Positions 42,305 to 51,571 of a DNA stretch of 51,571 nucleotides are shown piece after piece (positions within the stretch are counted from its first letter, which is position 1; each line of letters starts with the position of its first letter). The notes beneath the pieces were generated by a model. The model did not search any database. It worked only from the letters and a program-made list of their open reading frames with translations, and was not told the origin of the DNA. Source of the stretch: Ramlibacter sp. (GTDB lineage Bacteria > Pseudomonadota > Gammaproteobacteria > Burkholderiales > Burkholderiaceae_C); NCBI GenBank assembly GCA_043766965.1, contig JAYUHN010000369.1:1-51571 (forward strand), given 5' to 3'. Made by a program: the position numbers and the translations under genes.

Positions 42305-44421
42305 GGTGGCAGCCCTAACAGTTTGTGCTTGAGCACGGCGAACTCGCGGTCGGTGTCCATGGTCCTGCGGTTGGTCGAAAGGGCCAGCGTCGCGCGCGAC
42401 GCGCCATCGTCCGGGGACAGCCAGACCCAGACCCGCCGCTCACGAACATACAGCATGGCGAATACACCCAGGATCAGCAAGGCGCAGCCGAGATAGACCA
42501 CATTGCGCCCGGGGCTGCGCGTGACCTGGAAAACGCTGGCCTGAACCTGGGTGAAGTCTTTCAATTCGAATGCCACCGGGGCCGGATAAAGGTGAGCGTC
42601 GCTCAGCGCCAGCACGGCCTGGTTCATGAAGACCTGGGTCTTCTCGTTTGGCTCAAGCGGTTGCAAGCCGGCCTGTCCGCGTGTCATCTGCGCCAGCTCG
42701 AACAACGCCCCGCTCAGGATTCGCACCAGCACCTCGCCGGCTCGCGCCCGTTCGGCCTCGGGGACGTTGGCCTCCATGAACTCCGAGATGGCCTGCAGGC
42801 CGCCCGTGGGGCCCGTCTCCTTGCCGGTCCCGGAAACACCGGCAAACAGGGCCAGCGCGCGCGATGCAGAGGCAGCCAGCTGCCCCGTCAGATCGGGGCG
42901 CTGGCCGTCGGTGGCCTTACCGGCGTAACTGCGAACCGCCTGCTCGCGCATGCCACTGTCCATCAACGCCAGCCGCAGTCGAACAAACCCGTCCATGCCG
43001 CCCGCGTCGTCGACCGGAATACGCAGGTAGCGGAACGCATCGGCAGGATTTTCACGCATCCCCATCAGGAACACCGGCCCGCCGCCATCGCCCGTGTCAA
43101 CCGGCAGCATGTAGTTGTTGAACTCGCGTGCCTGACCCGCCGGGTCCCGCAGCTTGTAGCTGATGCTCGGACCGACGTTGCGCAATTCCTTTTTCGTCAC
43201 TGTCTTGTTCGCGGCTCCCAGCCGCGCATCGAGCGACTGCCGCAGGTCCACCTTCCTGACGTCCGTGCCGGCACCTGCCGGATTGCCGAAATTTTCCACG
43301 TTGATGACACGCAGTCCGGTGTACTCCAGCGTCAGCTGCGCGGCGTCCCCGCCCTGACCACGAACCAGTTTCGTGCTGGCGCCGATCGTGCCCTCGACCT
43401 CGAACGGCTTGCTCGCCGCGTTCATCGGCACCGCCTGCAGTTTCACCCGAGACCCGCCATCGTCGAAGCTCGATTGGTAGATTTCGATGCCCCGGTGGCT
43501 GGCCGGATGATTCACCTCCACCCGGGCCGGAATCTGCTGTCCGGTTTCGCGATCGTGGATCACGATGTCGCTTGCAAACAGCTTGGGCATCCCGGTGGAG
43601 TAATACTCGACGATGAACTTCTTCAGCTCGATCGAGAACGGAAGTTCCTGCAGCAGGATGCCATCCGACTGGTTCAGGATCGCAGTCCCGGCCTGCGTTC
43701 CTTCCGCCACCAGCAGGTTGCCGCGAAAGGTCGGATTGGACGCGGACAACCGGTGCTCCGCCTTGACGTCCGAGATCATCCCGCCGCCGTTGTAGGGTGT
43801 CTTTCCATTGAGCAGCATCTGCGCCCGGACGATCAGGTCGCCGTCGAGCAGCCCGCCCACGCAGACCAGCACGATGGCGCTGTGCGCCGCGATGTACCCG
43901 AGCTTGTTGGCGGAGCCGGTCCTGGCCGCCACCATCCAGCCGCTGTCGCGCTGCTGCAACCGCACCTTCCAGCCGCCGCCCGCGAGGGTCTTGCCGATCC
44001 TGTGGGCAGCCGCCTCGGGCGCGAGCGCCAGTCCGGCCGCGGCGCGGTGGTGGAACGCCTGCAGGCTCTGCTCCCGCATGTTCTCCTTGAACACCTTCAG
44101 GTCGAGCAGGATCTTGGGGGTGTTGCGGGCAATGCACAACGAGGTGCTCGTCACCAGGAAAGCCAGGATCAGCATGAACCACCAGGCGCTGTACACCTCG
44201 TTGAGGCGCGCCGCCGCAAACACGGCCGACCAGAACGGACCGAACTGGTTGACGTAGTTGCTGAACGGCTCGTGCTGCTTCAGTACGGTGCCGATCACCG
44301 ACGCGATGCAGATCACCGTCAAGAGCGAGATCGAAAACCGCATCGACGACAGCAGTTCGACCGCCGATCGGACAGCGGGAGGGCCGGACCTGACGCGGAT
44401 GCCTTGGGTGGAAGCGGACAT
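42301..44421 (-). CDS. resB: System II cytochrome c biogenesis protein ResB
   Basis: LSSMRF, ASVIGT, YSAWWF, VNHP, IYQSSF and RSPG. Confidence 0.93.
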   Translation of the reverse strand: MSASTQGIRVRSGPPAVRSAVELLSSMRFSISLLTVICIASVIGTVLKQHEPFSNYVNQFGPFWSAVFAAARLNEVYSAWWFMLILAFLVTSTSLCIARNTPKILLDLKVFKENMREQSLQAFHHRAAAGLALAPEAAAHRIGKTLAGGGWKVRLQQRDSGWMVAARTGSANKLGYIAAHSAIVLVCVGGLLDGDLIVRAQMLLNGKTPYNGGGMISDVKAEHRLSASNPTFRGNLLVAEGTQAGTAILNQSDGILLQELPFSIELKKFIVEYYSTGMPKLFASDIVIHDRETGQQIPARVEVNHPASHRGIEIYQSSFDDGGSRVKLQAVPMNAASKPFEVEGTIGASTKLVRGQGGDAAQLTLEYTGLRVINVENFGNPAGAGTDVRKVDLRQSLDARLGAANKTVTKKELRNVGPSISYKLRDPAGQAREFNNYMLPVDTGDGGGPVFLMGMRENPADAFRYLRIPVDDAGGMDGFVRLRLALMDSGMREQAVRSYAGKATDGQRPDLTGQLAASASRALALFAGVSGTGKETGPTGGLQAISEFMEANVPEAERARAGEVLVRILSGALFELAQMTRGQAGLQPLEPNEKTQVFMNQAVLALSDAHLYPAPVAFELKDFTQVQASVFQVTRSPGRNVVYLGCALLILGVFAMLYVRERRVWVWLSPDDGASRATLALSTNRRTMDTDREFAVLKHKLLGLPP

Positions 44422-44511
44422 TGGCGTTGGGAGTCGAAAACGCGGAGCTGCTGCGACAGGCCCGCCTTGATAGGGTCCGGCTAGGCGGGCTTGGTTCCCG
44501 CCGGCCGCCCG

Positions 44512-45186
44512 TTACCTCAAGCCGGCGATGTAATCAGCGACTGCGCGGATTTCGCGATCATTCAGCTTGGAGGCGACCATGGCCATCTGCAAGCTGTTCT
44601 TGCGCACACCATCGCGGAAGCTGGTCAGTTGGGCGGCCGTATAGTCGGCATGCTGTCCCGAGAGCCGCGGATACTGCGCCGGGATGCCGGCACCATTCGG
44701 GCTGTGGCAACCGGCGCAGGCAGCCACCTGCCGGTCGGCGATGCCGCCGCGGTAAATCCGCTCACCCATCGTCATCAATTCCTTGTCCTTGGCAAAACCC
44801 GTCTTGGCTTGGTTCGCGGTCACCCACGCGGCGATGTTCTTCATGTCGGCATCGCTCAACTGCGCGGCCATCGACTGCATGATCGGGTTCTGGCGCTTGC
44901 CAGCCTTGAATTCCTGCAACTGCTTGACGATGTATTCCGGATGCTGCTGCGCCAGCTTCGGATTCGCAGGGATACCGGAGTTTCCGTCGGCGCCATGGCA
45001 TGCCGCGCACACCGCTGTGAACTTCGCTTCGCCCTGAACCAGGTCCGGCTTGACGACCGCAGTGGCAGCGGCGGGCGCAACAGGCGCCTGCCCCGCCGGC
45101 TTGGCCGGATGGTCCTCGGCTGCAAAGACGGGCAGGCCTGCAGCTCCAAGAGCGGCGGCGATCAGAAGGGTAACGAGCAACTTCAT
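44512..45186 (-). CDS. Diheme cytochrome c4 (c553-type)
   Basis: Signal peptide from MKLLVTLL; two CxxCH motifs (CAACH, CAGCH). Confidence 0.93.
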   Translation of the reverse strand: MKLLVTLLIAAALGAAGLPVFAAEDHPAKPAGQAPVAPAAATAVVKPDLVQGEAKFTAVCAACHGADGNSGIPANPKLAQQHPEYIVKQLQEFKAGKRQNPIMQSMAAQLSDADMKNIAAWVTANQAKTGFAKDKELMTMGERIYRGGIADRQVAACAGCHSPNGAGIPAQYPRLSGQHADYTAAQLTSFRDGVRKNSLQMAMVASKLNDREIRAVADYIAGLR

Positions 45187-45266
45187 GTCGGGAGTGGGTG
45201 AATGGCGCAAAACCCCGTGATTCTACAATGCCGTCCCCGGGGTTCTCCCCGATACCGAAGCGATCC

Positions 45267-45965
45267 ATGACCAATCCCGAGGGCCCGCCGGCACCATCGA
45301 CCAGCGCCGGCTCCGTCCCCGCATCCGCCAAGGACCCCGCGACCGTCGCGCTCGGCTGGCTGCACACCGCCAAGTTCCTGACGACCGCGCCCACCCTCGA
45401 GTTCCTGCCGCCGCACGACTACCCGGAAGTCGCGTTCGTGGGCCGCTCCAATGCCGGCAAGTCGACTTGCATCAATACCCTGACGCAGCAAAAGCGTTTG
45501 GCCTTCGCCTCCAAGACACCGGGCCGCACCCAGAGCATCAACCTGTTCACGCTGGGCAAGCAGAACGTCACGGATGCCGTGCTGGCAGACCTGCCCGGCT
45601 ATGGGTATGCCGCCGTGCCGAAGCAGGACAAGCTGCGATGGCAACAGGTGATGGCCAACTATTTGGTGTCGCGGGAGAACCTGCGCGGCGTGGTGCTGCT
45701 GTGCGATCCGCGCCATGGACTGACCGAGCTGGACGATATCCTGCTGGAGGTGATCCGGCCGCGGGTGGAACAGGGGCTGAAGTTCATGCTGCTGTTGACC
45801 AAGGCGGACAAGCTCAATCGCAGCGAAGCAAGCAAGGCGCTGTCGATTGCGCGACTGCAAGCCGGCGGCGGCGAGGTCAGACTGTTCTCGGCCCTCAAGA
45901 AGCAGGGCGTGGAAGAAACCGCCGTGCTGCTGTGGCAGTGGGCACATCCGGAGGCGCAGCCATGA
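45267..45965 (+). CDS. engB: Ribosome biogenesis GTPase YihA/EngB
   Basis: GRSNAGKS, SKTPGRT, DLPGYG and TKADK; start uncertain (45228 or 45267). Confidence 0.95.
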   Translation: MTNPEGPPAPSTSAGSVPASAKDPATVALGWLHTAKFLTTAPTLEFLPPHDYPEVAFVGRSNAGKSTCINTLTQQKRLAFASKTPGRTQSINLFTLGKQNVTDAVLADLPGYGYAAVPKQDKLRWQQVMANYLVSRENLRGVVLLCDPRHGLTELDDILLEVIRPRVEQGLKFMLLLTKADKLNRSEASKALSIARLQAGGGEVRLFSALKKQGVEETAVLLWQWAHPEAQP

Positions 45966-46885
45966 CGATCGAAACCTTCCAGCAGGTGCTTCCGCACGGC
46001 ATCAACCTGAGTTGTCGCGCCGCTGGCGATACCGGCCGGCCGGTGCTTGTGTTCCTGCACGGTTTTCCGGAAGCCGCTTTCGTGTGGGACGACCTGCTCG
46101 AATACTTTGCACTACCTGAGCACGGCGGGTATCGGTGCATCGCGCCTAACCTGCGCGGCTATGAGCAATCCAGCACGCCGCACGACGTCAAGGCATACCG
46201 TGTCAAGCACCTGGTGCAGGACATCGCCGCGCTGATCGAGATCCAGGGCGCGCCGCTGGAATGTCTGGTCGCCCACGACTGGGGTGGCGCGATCGCCTGG
46301 AACCTGGCGAACCAGATGCCGCAGTTGATGAAGAAGCTCGCCATCGTCAATTCGCCGCACCCCGGCACTTTCCTGCGCGAGCTGAAAAACAATCCGAAGC
46401 AGCAAGCCGCCAGCGCGTACATGAATTTCCTGGTCCGTGCCGATGCCGAGAAATTGCTGTCGGACCGGGACTATGCCCGCATGTGGCCGTTCTTCACCCA
46501 CGCATCCACCGGTGCGGTTTGGCTCACGGAGAGCGTCAAGAACCAGTACCGCCGGATCTGGAACGGACCGCCGGGCAGTGAGCCCGGTGCGGGCCTGGTC
46601 GGCGGGTGCAACTATTATCGCGCCTCGCCGCTGCGGCCGCCGACCGGGGAGGTGCCCGGTGCAGCGGCGATTGACCTGCCGCTGGAAGCGCTGACGGTGA
46701 CCATTCCAACCCTGGTCCTGTGGGCGATGGAAGACATCGCCTTGCCGCCCGAACTGATCGACGGACTGGAGCAATTCGTTCCGCAGCTCACGCTGGAAAG
46801 AGTCGAGGGTGCCAGTCACTGGATCGTCCACGAGCGGCCCGAGTTCGTTGCGGCGCGGCTGGCGAACTTCCTGCGGCCGCACTGA
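45962..46885 (+). CDS. Alpha/beta hydrolase (epoxide hydrolase-like)
   Basis: Start MTIETFQ at 45962. HGFPE, LRGY, HDWGG nucleophile elbow, NYYRA and SHW. Confidence 0.9.
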   Translation: MTIETFQQVLPHGINLSCRAAGDTGRPVLVFLHGFPEAAFVWDDLLEYFALPEHGGYRCIAPNLRGYEQSSTPHDVKAYRVKHLVQDIAALIEIQGAPLECLVAHDWGGAIAWNLANQMPQLMKKLAIVNSPHPGTFLRELKNNPKQQAASAYMNFLVRADAEKLLSDRDYARMWPFFTHASTGAVWLTESVKNQYRRIWNGPPGSEPGAGLVGGCNYYRASPLRPPTGEVPGAAAIDLPLEALTVTIPTLVLWAMEDIALPPELIDGLEQFVPQLTLERVEGASHWIVHERPEFVAARLANFLRPH

Positions 46886-46895
46886 ATCGAGTGCT

Positions 46896-47762
46896 TCAAT
46901 AAAGCTCCGGCAGGCCTTCGGGGCGCGTCTTGAAGCGCTTGTGGACCCAGTAGTACTGGTCCGGCATACCGTCGATGTACTCCTGCAGGCGACGATTCAT
47001 CAGCGCCGTGTCGGCCACGACGTCGTCCGTGGGGTAATCCGTCCATGCCGGCATCACGGTGACGTCGTAGCCGCTTGCAGTCATCCCGGCGACGACCGGA
47101 ACCACCTTCGCGCCGCCAAGCCGGGCAAATCTCGCCAGTGAGGGCACGGTAGCCGCCGGCACTCCGTAGAACGGCACGAAGATCGATTCCTCCGGACCGA
47201 AATTCATGTCGGGCAGCAGGTACAGCGGCGCGCCGCTACGTAGCGCGGAGACGATCGCCCTGACCCCATCGGCGCGCCCGAAGGGACGCGCGGTTTCGAA
47301 GCGCTGCCGGCCCTTGAGCATCCAGGCGTCCACCACCTTGTCGGTCTGGTCGGTATAGATTCCGGTGAAGCGCCGTTGCAGTTGTTGCGTCACCGCTGTC
47401 CAGCCGGCGTCCATGCCGACGAAGTGCGGCGCGAACATCACCACCGGCCGGTCGCCGTCGAACTCCGACAAGGCACCAGTAAGATGGAGCCGCTGCCGCA
47501 CAAGGTCCGGCTTGCCATGCCACAACCAGCTTCTATCGAGCCACGCCTGCGCGAACCGGATGAAGACCCTCGGCACCAGCGCAGCCCGCTGCTGGCGCGT
47601 CCACCGCGGAAAGCACTGATCCAGATTCACCTGCACGACGTGCCGGCGCGAAGCCACCGCCACGTACAGCACCCGGCCGAGCAGCCACCCGAGCGCTCGC
47701 ACCCACGACAACGGCAACGGCGCCAGGGCGCGCATGACCAGGATGCCCAGCCGGCTGCCCAT
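46896..47762 (-). CDS. Lipid A biosynthesis acyltransferase (LpxL/HtrB family)
   Basis: PHFVGMD, LLPDM, FVPFYG and PDQYYWVHKRFKTRP. Confidence 0.92.
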   Translation of the reverse strand: MGSRLGILVMRALAPLPLSWVRALGWLLGRVLYVAVASRRHVVQVNLDQCFPRWTRQQRAALVPRVFIRFAQAWLDRSWLWHGKPDLVRQRLHLTGALSEFDGDRPVVMFAPHFVGMDAGWTAVTQQLQRRFTGIYTDQTDKVVDAWMLKGRQRFETARPFGRADGVRAIVSALRSGAPLYLLPDMNFGPEESIFVPFYGVPAATVPSLARFARLGGAKVVPVVAGMTASGYDVTVMPAWTDYPTDDVVADTALMNRRLQEYIDGMPDQYYWVHKRFKTRPEGLPELY

Positions 47763-48580
47763 CAGTGCAACTCCGCCGGGGCCTTGTAGCGAGCGTAGCC
47801 CCAGAGATATTGGCCGGGTCGTTCACGGATCAGCCCTTCCATCAGCGCGTTCACCTGTGCGGCGGCAACGGCGGGAGTAAGCGAGAGCAAGGCCGGCACG
47901 TCGCGCAAATGGATTCGGTAGCCCCGGCCCAGGGGCAGCCGTTCGCCCCAGGCCAGCAGCAAGCGCGCCCCGGTCTGGCGCGCCAGCCGCGCCGGCAGCG
48001 TCATGGTGTATGCATCGCGGCCAAAAAATGGCGCCCAGGCACCGACTCCGTGCGCGGGGACCTGGTCGGGCAGCAGTCCGACCGCCTGGCCGGCCTTGAG
48101 CGCCTTCAGCATCTGCTTGACGCCGGCCAACGTCGTCGGGGCCGCGGCCAGACGGGCTCGCTGTCGGGAGTTGTCGACCAGCTCGCGTAGCCATGCCTTG
48201 CGGGCCGGCCGGTAAAGCACGGTGATCTCGCCATATCGGCGGGCATAAGCCTGCGCGGTCACTTCGAAACATCCGAGATGCGGGGTGAGAAACACAAGCC
48301 CGGCGCCATCGGCCCGCGCCTGGTCGATCAGTTCCGCGCCGTCCCATTCGATGAGCGACGGAGCGCCGAACCAGAGCCGGGGCAGTTCCGCCACCAGCGC
48401 GCCCGCCGCCGCAACGGCAGCGCGAACATCGCGAAAGCGCAATCCGGCCTGCCCGACATTCGCCAGGAAGCGCCGCCGGTACGTCGGCGAACCCAGAAAG
48501 GCCAGCCAGCCCAGCACCGCGCCAAGGAGGTGCAGTGCCGGCAGTGGCACGACAGCCAACAAGCGGAAAATTGTCTTCAA
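47762..48580 (-). CDS. Lipid A/lysophospholipid acyltransferase (LpxL family)
   Basis: TPHLGCFE, LLPDQVP, WAPFFG and PGQYLWGYARYK; TTG start. Confidence 0.9.
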   Translation of the reverse strand: MKTIFRLLAVVPLPALHLLGAVLGWLAFLGSPTYRRRFLANVGQAGLRFRDVRAAVAAAGALVAELPRLWFGAPSLIEWDGAELIDQARADGAGLVFLTPHLGCFEVTAQAYARRYGEITVLYRPARKAWLRELVDNSRQRARLAAAPTTLAGVKQMLKALKAGQAVGLLPDQVPAHGVGAWAPFFGRDAYTMTLPARLARQTGARLLLAWGERLPLGRGYRIHLRDVPALLSLTPAVAAAQVNALMEGLIRERPGQYLWGYARYKAPAELH

Positions 48581-48596
48581 AAGGTTTAAGATTCGC

Positions 48597-48655
48597 GTGT
48601 CGCCGAGTTATCTGAACTACTTGCGGGGCGACGTTAAAAAGTTCTGCTAAAGCGT
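48597..48655 (+). promoter_or_regulatory. SAM-II-class riboswitch (SAM-alpha-like) in the metK leader
   Basis: P1 stem GTCGCC(48599-48604)/GGCGAC(48627-48632), loop GAGTT...CTTGCG and 3' GTTAAAAAGTTCTGCTAAAG match the SAM-II pattern (GAUUU...CUUGCA...GUUAAA...GCUAAAG). A TAAGAT -10 box at 48587-48592 would start transcription at P1. Located upstream of SAM synthetase. Confidence 0.7.
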
Positions 48656-48713
48656 TCGCCCGAAAGCTCCGGCACAAGGCAACGCGCCTTGCAACATCAA
48701 CGGAGTTTATCCA

Positions 48714-49892
48714 ATGGCGAACGACTTTCTTTTCACGTCCGAATCGGTGTCCGAGGGCCATCCCGACAAGGTGGCCGACCAGATTTCGGATGCGATCCTC
48801 GACGCGATCTTCAGGCAGGACCCGCGCAGCCGCGTCGCGGCCGAAACGCTGACCAACACCGGCCTGGTGGTGCTGGCCGGCGAGATCACGACCAATGCGC
48901 ATGTGGACTACATCCAGGTGGCGCGCGACACCATCAAGCGGATCGGCTATGACAACACCGAATACGGCATCGATTACAAGGGTTGCGCCGTGCTCGTGGC
49001 GTACGACAAACAGTCGAACGACATCGCCCAGGGCGTCGACCACGCGAGCGACGATCACCTGAACACCGGTGCCGGTGACCAGGGCCTGATGTTCGGCTAT
49101 GCCTGCGACGAGACGCCCGAGTTGATGCCGGCCCCGCTGCACTATGCGCACCGGCTGGTCGAGCGCCAGGCGCAGTTGCGCAAGGACGGCCGCCTGCCGT
49201 TCCTGCGCCCCGACGCGAAGAGCCAGGTCACGATGCGCTACGTCGACGGCAAGCCGCACAGCATCGACACGGTGGTGCTCTCGACGCAGCACAGCCCGGA
49301 ACAAAGCGACGGCCACAAGATGAAACCGTCTTTCATCGAAGCGGTGATCGAGGAGATCATCAAGCCGGTGCTGCCCAAGGAGTGGCTGAAGGAAACCCGT
49401 TTCCTGATCAACCCGACCGGCCGCTTCGTCATCGGCGGCCCGCAAGGCGACTGCGGACTGACGGGCCGCAAGATCATCGTGGACACGTACGGCGGGGCTT
49501 GCCCGCACGGCGGCGGCGCGTTTTCCGGCAAGGACCCGAGCAAGGTGGACCGGTCCGCCGCCTATGCGGCGCGGTACGTCGCGAAGAACGTGGTTGCGGC
49601 AGGCCTGGCGCGCCAGTGCCAGGTGCAGGTGGCATATGCGATCGGGGTGGCCAAGCCCATGAACGTGACGGTCTACACGGAAGGCACGGGCATTCTTTCA
49701 GACGAGAAGCTCGCCGCGCTGATCAACGAGCACTTCGATCTGCGCCCGAAGGGCATCATCCAGATGCTCGACCTGCTGCGGCCGATCTACGAGAAGACCG
49801 CGGCGTACGGGCACTTCGGGCGTGAAGAGCCTGAGTTCACTTGGGAACGTACGGACAAAGCCTCTGTGCTGCGGGCGGCAGCCGGCCTCTGA
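48714..49892 (+). CDS. metK: S-adenosylmethionine synthetase
   Basis: [28 protein letters not shown] and YGHFGR. Confidence 0.98.
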   Translation: MANDFLFTSESVSEGHPDKVADQISDAILDAIFRQDPRSRVAAETLTNTGLVVLAGEITTNAHVDYIQVARDTIKRIGYDNTEYGIDYKGCAVLVAYDKQSNDIAQGVDHASDDHLNTGAGDQGLMFGYACDETPELMPAPLHYAHRLVERQAQLRKDGRLPFLRPDAKSQVTMRYVDGKPHSIDTVVLSTQHSPEQSDGHKMKPSFIEAVIEEIIKPVLPKEWLKETRFLINPTGRFVIGGPQGDCGLTGRKIIVDTYGGACPHGGGAFSGKDPSKVDRSAAYAARYVAKNVVAAGLARQCQVQVAYAIGVAKPMNVTVYTEGTGILSDEKLAALINEHFDLRPKGIIQMLDLLRPIYEKTAAYGHFGREEPEFTWERTDKASVLRAAAGL

Positions 49893-49907
49893 GACTTCGG
49901 ACGGATC

Positions 49908-49940
49908 AAAAAAAGGGCGACCCGCGGGCCGCCCTTTTTT
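49908..49940. terminator. Bidirectional intrinsic terminator
   Basis: AAAAAAA-GGGCG...CGCCC-TTTTTT between convergent metK and the 49956 ORF. Confidence 0.85.
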
Positions 49941-49955
49941 ATTCCCTCTACACGC

Positions 49956-51571
49956 TCAATCGATCCACCACCACGACCGGCCGACACCGGTGAAGCGCGA
50001 GAACAGCCCGCTCGACGCGAAGCGACCGTCGAGCTGCGTGCTGGTGCCGAAGGCCACATAGGCCGCGCTGCGCGACATCGCCGCCGGCCCGACCGAGCCG
50101 GTCGTCTGGTTCGTGACTGCCCGGGTCTCACCAGTGACGCGGTTGTGCATCACCATGTTGCTGACGCCTGAGGTTCCGGCGCCGGCGCCCAGCGTGTTCG
50201 ACGCGGTCGAGAACGCCACCCAGGTGCCGTCGTACGAGAGCGCCACGCGCTCGCCCTGGCCCAGCGGGCTGTCGGCATTGCCCTGCGCGCCCGTGCTGCT
50301 GACGCTCGCACGTTCAACTGCGCCAGTCTGGGTGTCGACCACGAACACGTCCTGCATGCCGTTGGTGTCGCCCGCGACCATGTTGCTGGCGGTGGTGGCG
50401 AAAGCGACGTAGCGGCCGTTGCCCGAGATCGCCGGCGCGACCACGCGGCTCGCGCTTTCGGTGCCCTGGTTGCGCTCGCCGCCGCCGTTCGTCAGGCTCA
50501 CCCGCGTCTTCGCGCCGGTGTTCGTGTCGTAGACGAATATGTCCCACAGGCCGTTGGTGTCGCCGGACACGATGTTCGCCGAGAACGAATAGAACGCCAG
50601 GCGCGTGCCGTCTTCCGAGAGCACCGGCTTGCCGCCGCCGACGCCGGCCCCGGTGCTCAGATGCGAGCTCACCAGCGTATTGGTGCCGGTCACCAGGTCG
50701 CGGCGGTAGACGTTGATGGTGCTGATGCCCGTGACCCCGGCGGTCAGGTTGCTCGCTCCGCTCGAAAACGCGACAACCCGCCCGTCGCCCGACAGGGCGG
50801 GCTCAAAACTCTCGGAGTTGGCCTCGACGCCACCCGCGCCGACGCTGACGCGCGTCACGCCGCTGGTCGGGTTCTGTGCCGACCAGACGAACACGTCGCG
50901 CACGCCGTTGGTGTCGCCGGCGACCAGGTTGCTCGCGTAGGACTCGAACGCGACCGTCAGGCCATCGGCCGAGATCACCGGCGCCCAGCTGTCACCGCTG
51001 CCTTCGGTGCCGGCCGCGGTACCGCTCACGAGCAGGGTCTGCCCGGTGAGCGCGTCGTGCCAGTAGACCTGGCGGTGCGCGCTGGTCGTGCCGGTGGCCA
51101 GGCCCGCGGCGCTGGAGACGAACACGCTGAAGCGGCCCTCGCCGAAAGCAACGGTCGTCGCGCCGATCGGCACCGCGCTGCCGCCGATGGCCGGTGCGCT
51201 GCTCTCAAAATAGGTGCCGCGCACTGCGTCGTTGCTGCTGCGGCTGATCAGGTCGTTGGTGATCTCGCAACCGACCCGCAATGCCGTGGTCGCGACCGGC
51301 ATCGTGCCGCTCGCACCCTTGTAGACCGAGCAGGTCTGGCCGGTCGGTGCGGTCTTCACGGTGACCTGGTAAGGCGCGGCGTTGGCGAGCAGCGTGGCAA
51401 AGCTGAACGCGGTTTCGTCGTAACGGTCGGTGTTGCCGGCGCTGAGTGCCACCGTCACCGGCAGGTCGTCACCCCCGTTGTTCTGCAGCACGAGTTGCGC
51501 GCCGACCGGGCCACGCAAGCTGCCGGTGAGCGCGGTGCCCGCCGGTGCCGGTGCCGGTGCCGGTGCCGGTG
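49956..51571 (-). CDS. Extracellular TolB/PD40-like beta-propeller protein (N-terminus beyond the window)
   Basis: Repeats ISADG..VAFES.ASNLVAGDTNGVRDVF, GDTNGLWDIF and GDTNGMQDVF. The frame stays open to the window end through an (AP)n linker. Confidence 0.8.
   Translation of the reverse strand, partial: PAPAPAPAPAGTALTGSLRGPVGAQLVLQNNGGDDLPVTVALSAGNTDRYDETAFSFATLLANAAPYQVTVKTAPTGQTCSVYKGASGTMPVATTALRVGCEITNDLISRSSNDAVRGTYFESSAPAIGGSAVPIGATTVAFGEGRFSVFVSSAAGLATGTTSAHRQVYWHDALTGQTLLVSGTAAGTEGSGDSWAPVISADGLTVAFESYASNLVAGDTNGVRDVFVWSAQNPTSGVTRVSVGAGGVEANSESFEPALSGDGRVVAFSSGASNLTAGVTGISTINVYRRDLVTGTNTLVSSHLSTGAGVGGGKPVLSEDGTRLAFYSFSANIVSGDTNGLWDIFVYDTNTGAKTRVSLTNGGGERNQGTESASRVVAPAISGNGRYVAFATTASNMVAGDTNGMQDVFVVDTQTGAVERASVSSTGAQGNADSPLGQGERVALSYDGTWVAFSTASNTLGAGAGTSGVSNMVMHNRVTGETRAVTNQTTGSVGPAAMSRSAAYVAFGTSTQLDGRFASSGLFSRFTGVGRSWWWID
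51533..51571. repeat. Hexanucleotide tandem repeat (GGTGCC)n encoding a Pro-Ala linker
   Basis: gccggtgccggtgccggtgccggtgccggtg at the window end. Confidence 0.85.

Overview
GC-rich betaproteobacterial chromosome segment. Most proteins and the gene order look like Comamonadaceae (Ramlibacter/Caenimonas/Variovorax-like); this is by recognition, not database search. It is largely core genome. On the minus strand are gltBD, mlaFEDACB, an ABC-2 pair, bolA, murA and hisGDCBHAFI, plus pilMNOPQ, a large Ig-repeat lipoprotein, aroKB, dgt, an MFS transporter, a hypothetical protein, DUF1415 and a methyltransferase. These are followed by mrcA, cyaY, lptM-lysA, msrPQ, system II cytochrome c biogenesis genes, cytochrome c4, engB, an alpha/beta hydrolase, two lipid A acyltransferases, metK and a truncated beta-propeller gene. 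Non-routine observations: (1) a RAYT/Y1 HUH transposase upstream of gltB, bracketed by 22-bp inverted repeats, with a third degenerate copy and a triplicated CCAATTACG at one end; (2) an 803-aa Ig-repeat lipoprotein inserted between pilQ and aroK; (3) hisF interrupted by one in-frame TAG, inside a hisA'-hisF-hisI' patch that looks phylogenetically foreign and carries a 160-bp long inverted-repeat element; (4) a SAM-II-like riboswitch upstream of metK; (5) a REP-like palindrome between murA and hisG, and two compact bidirectional promoters. No CRISPR array, rRNA or tRNA was seen.
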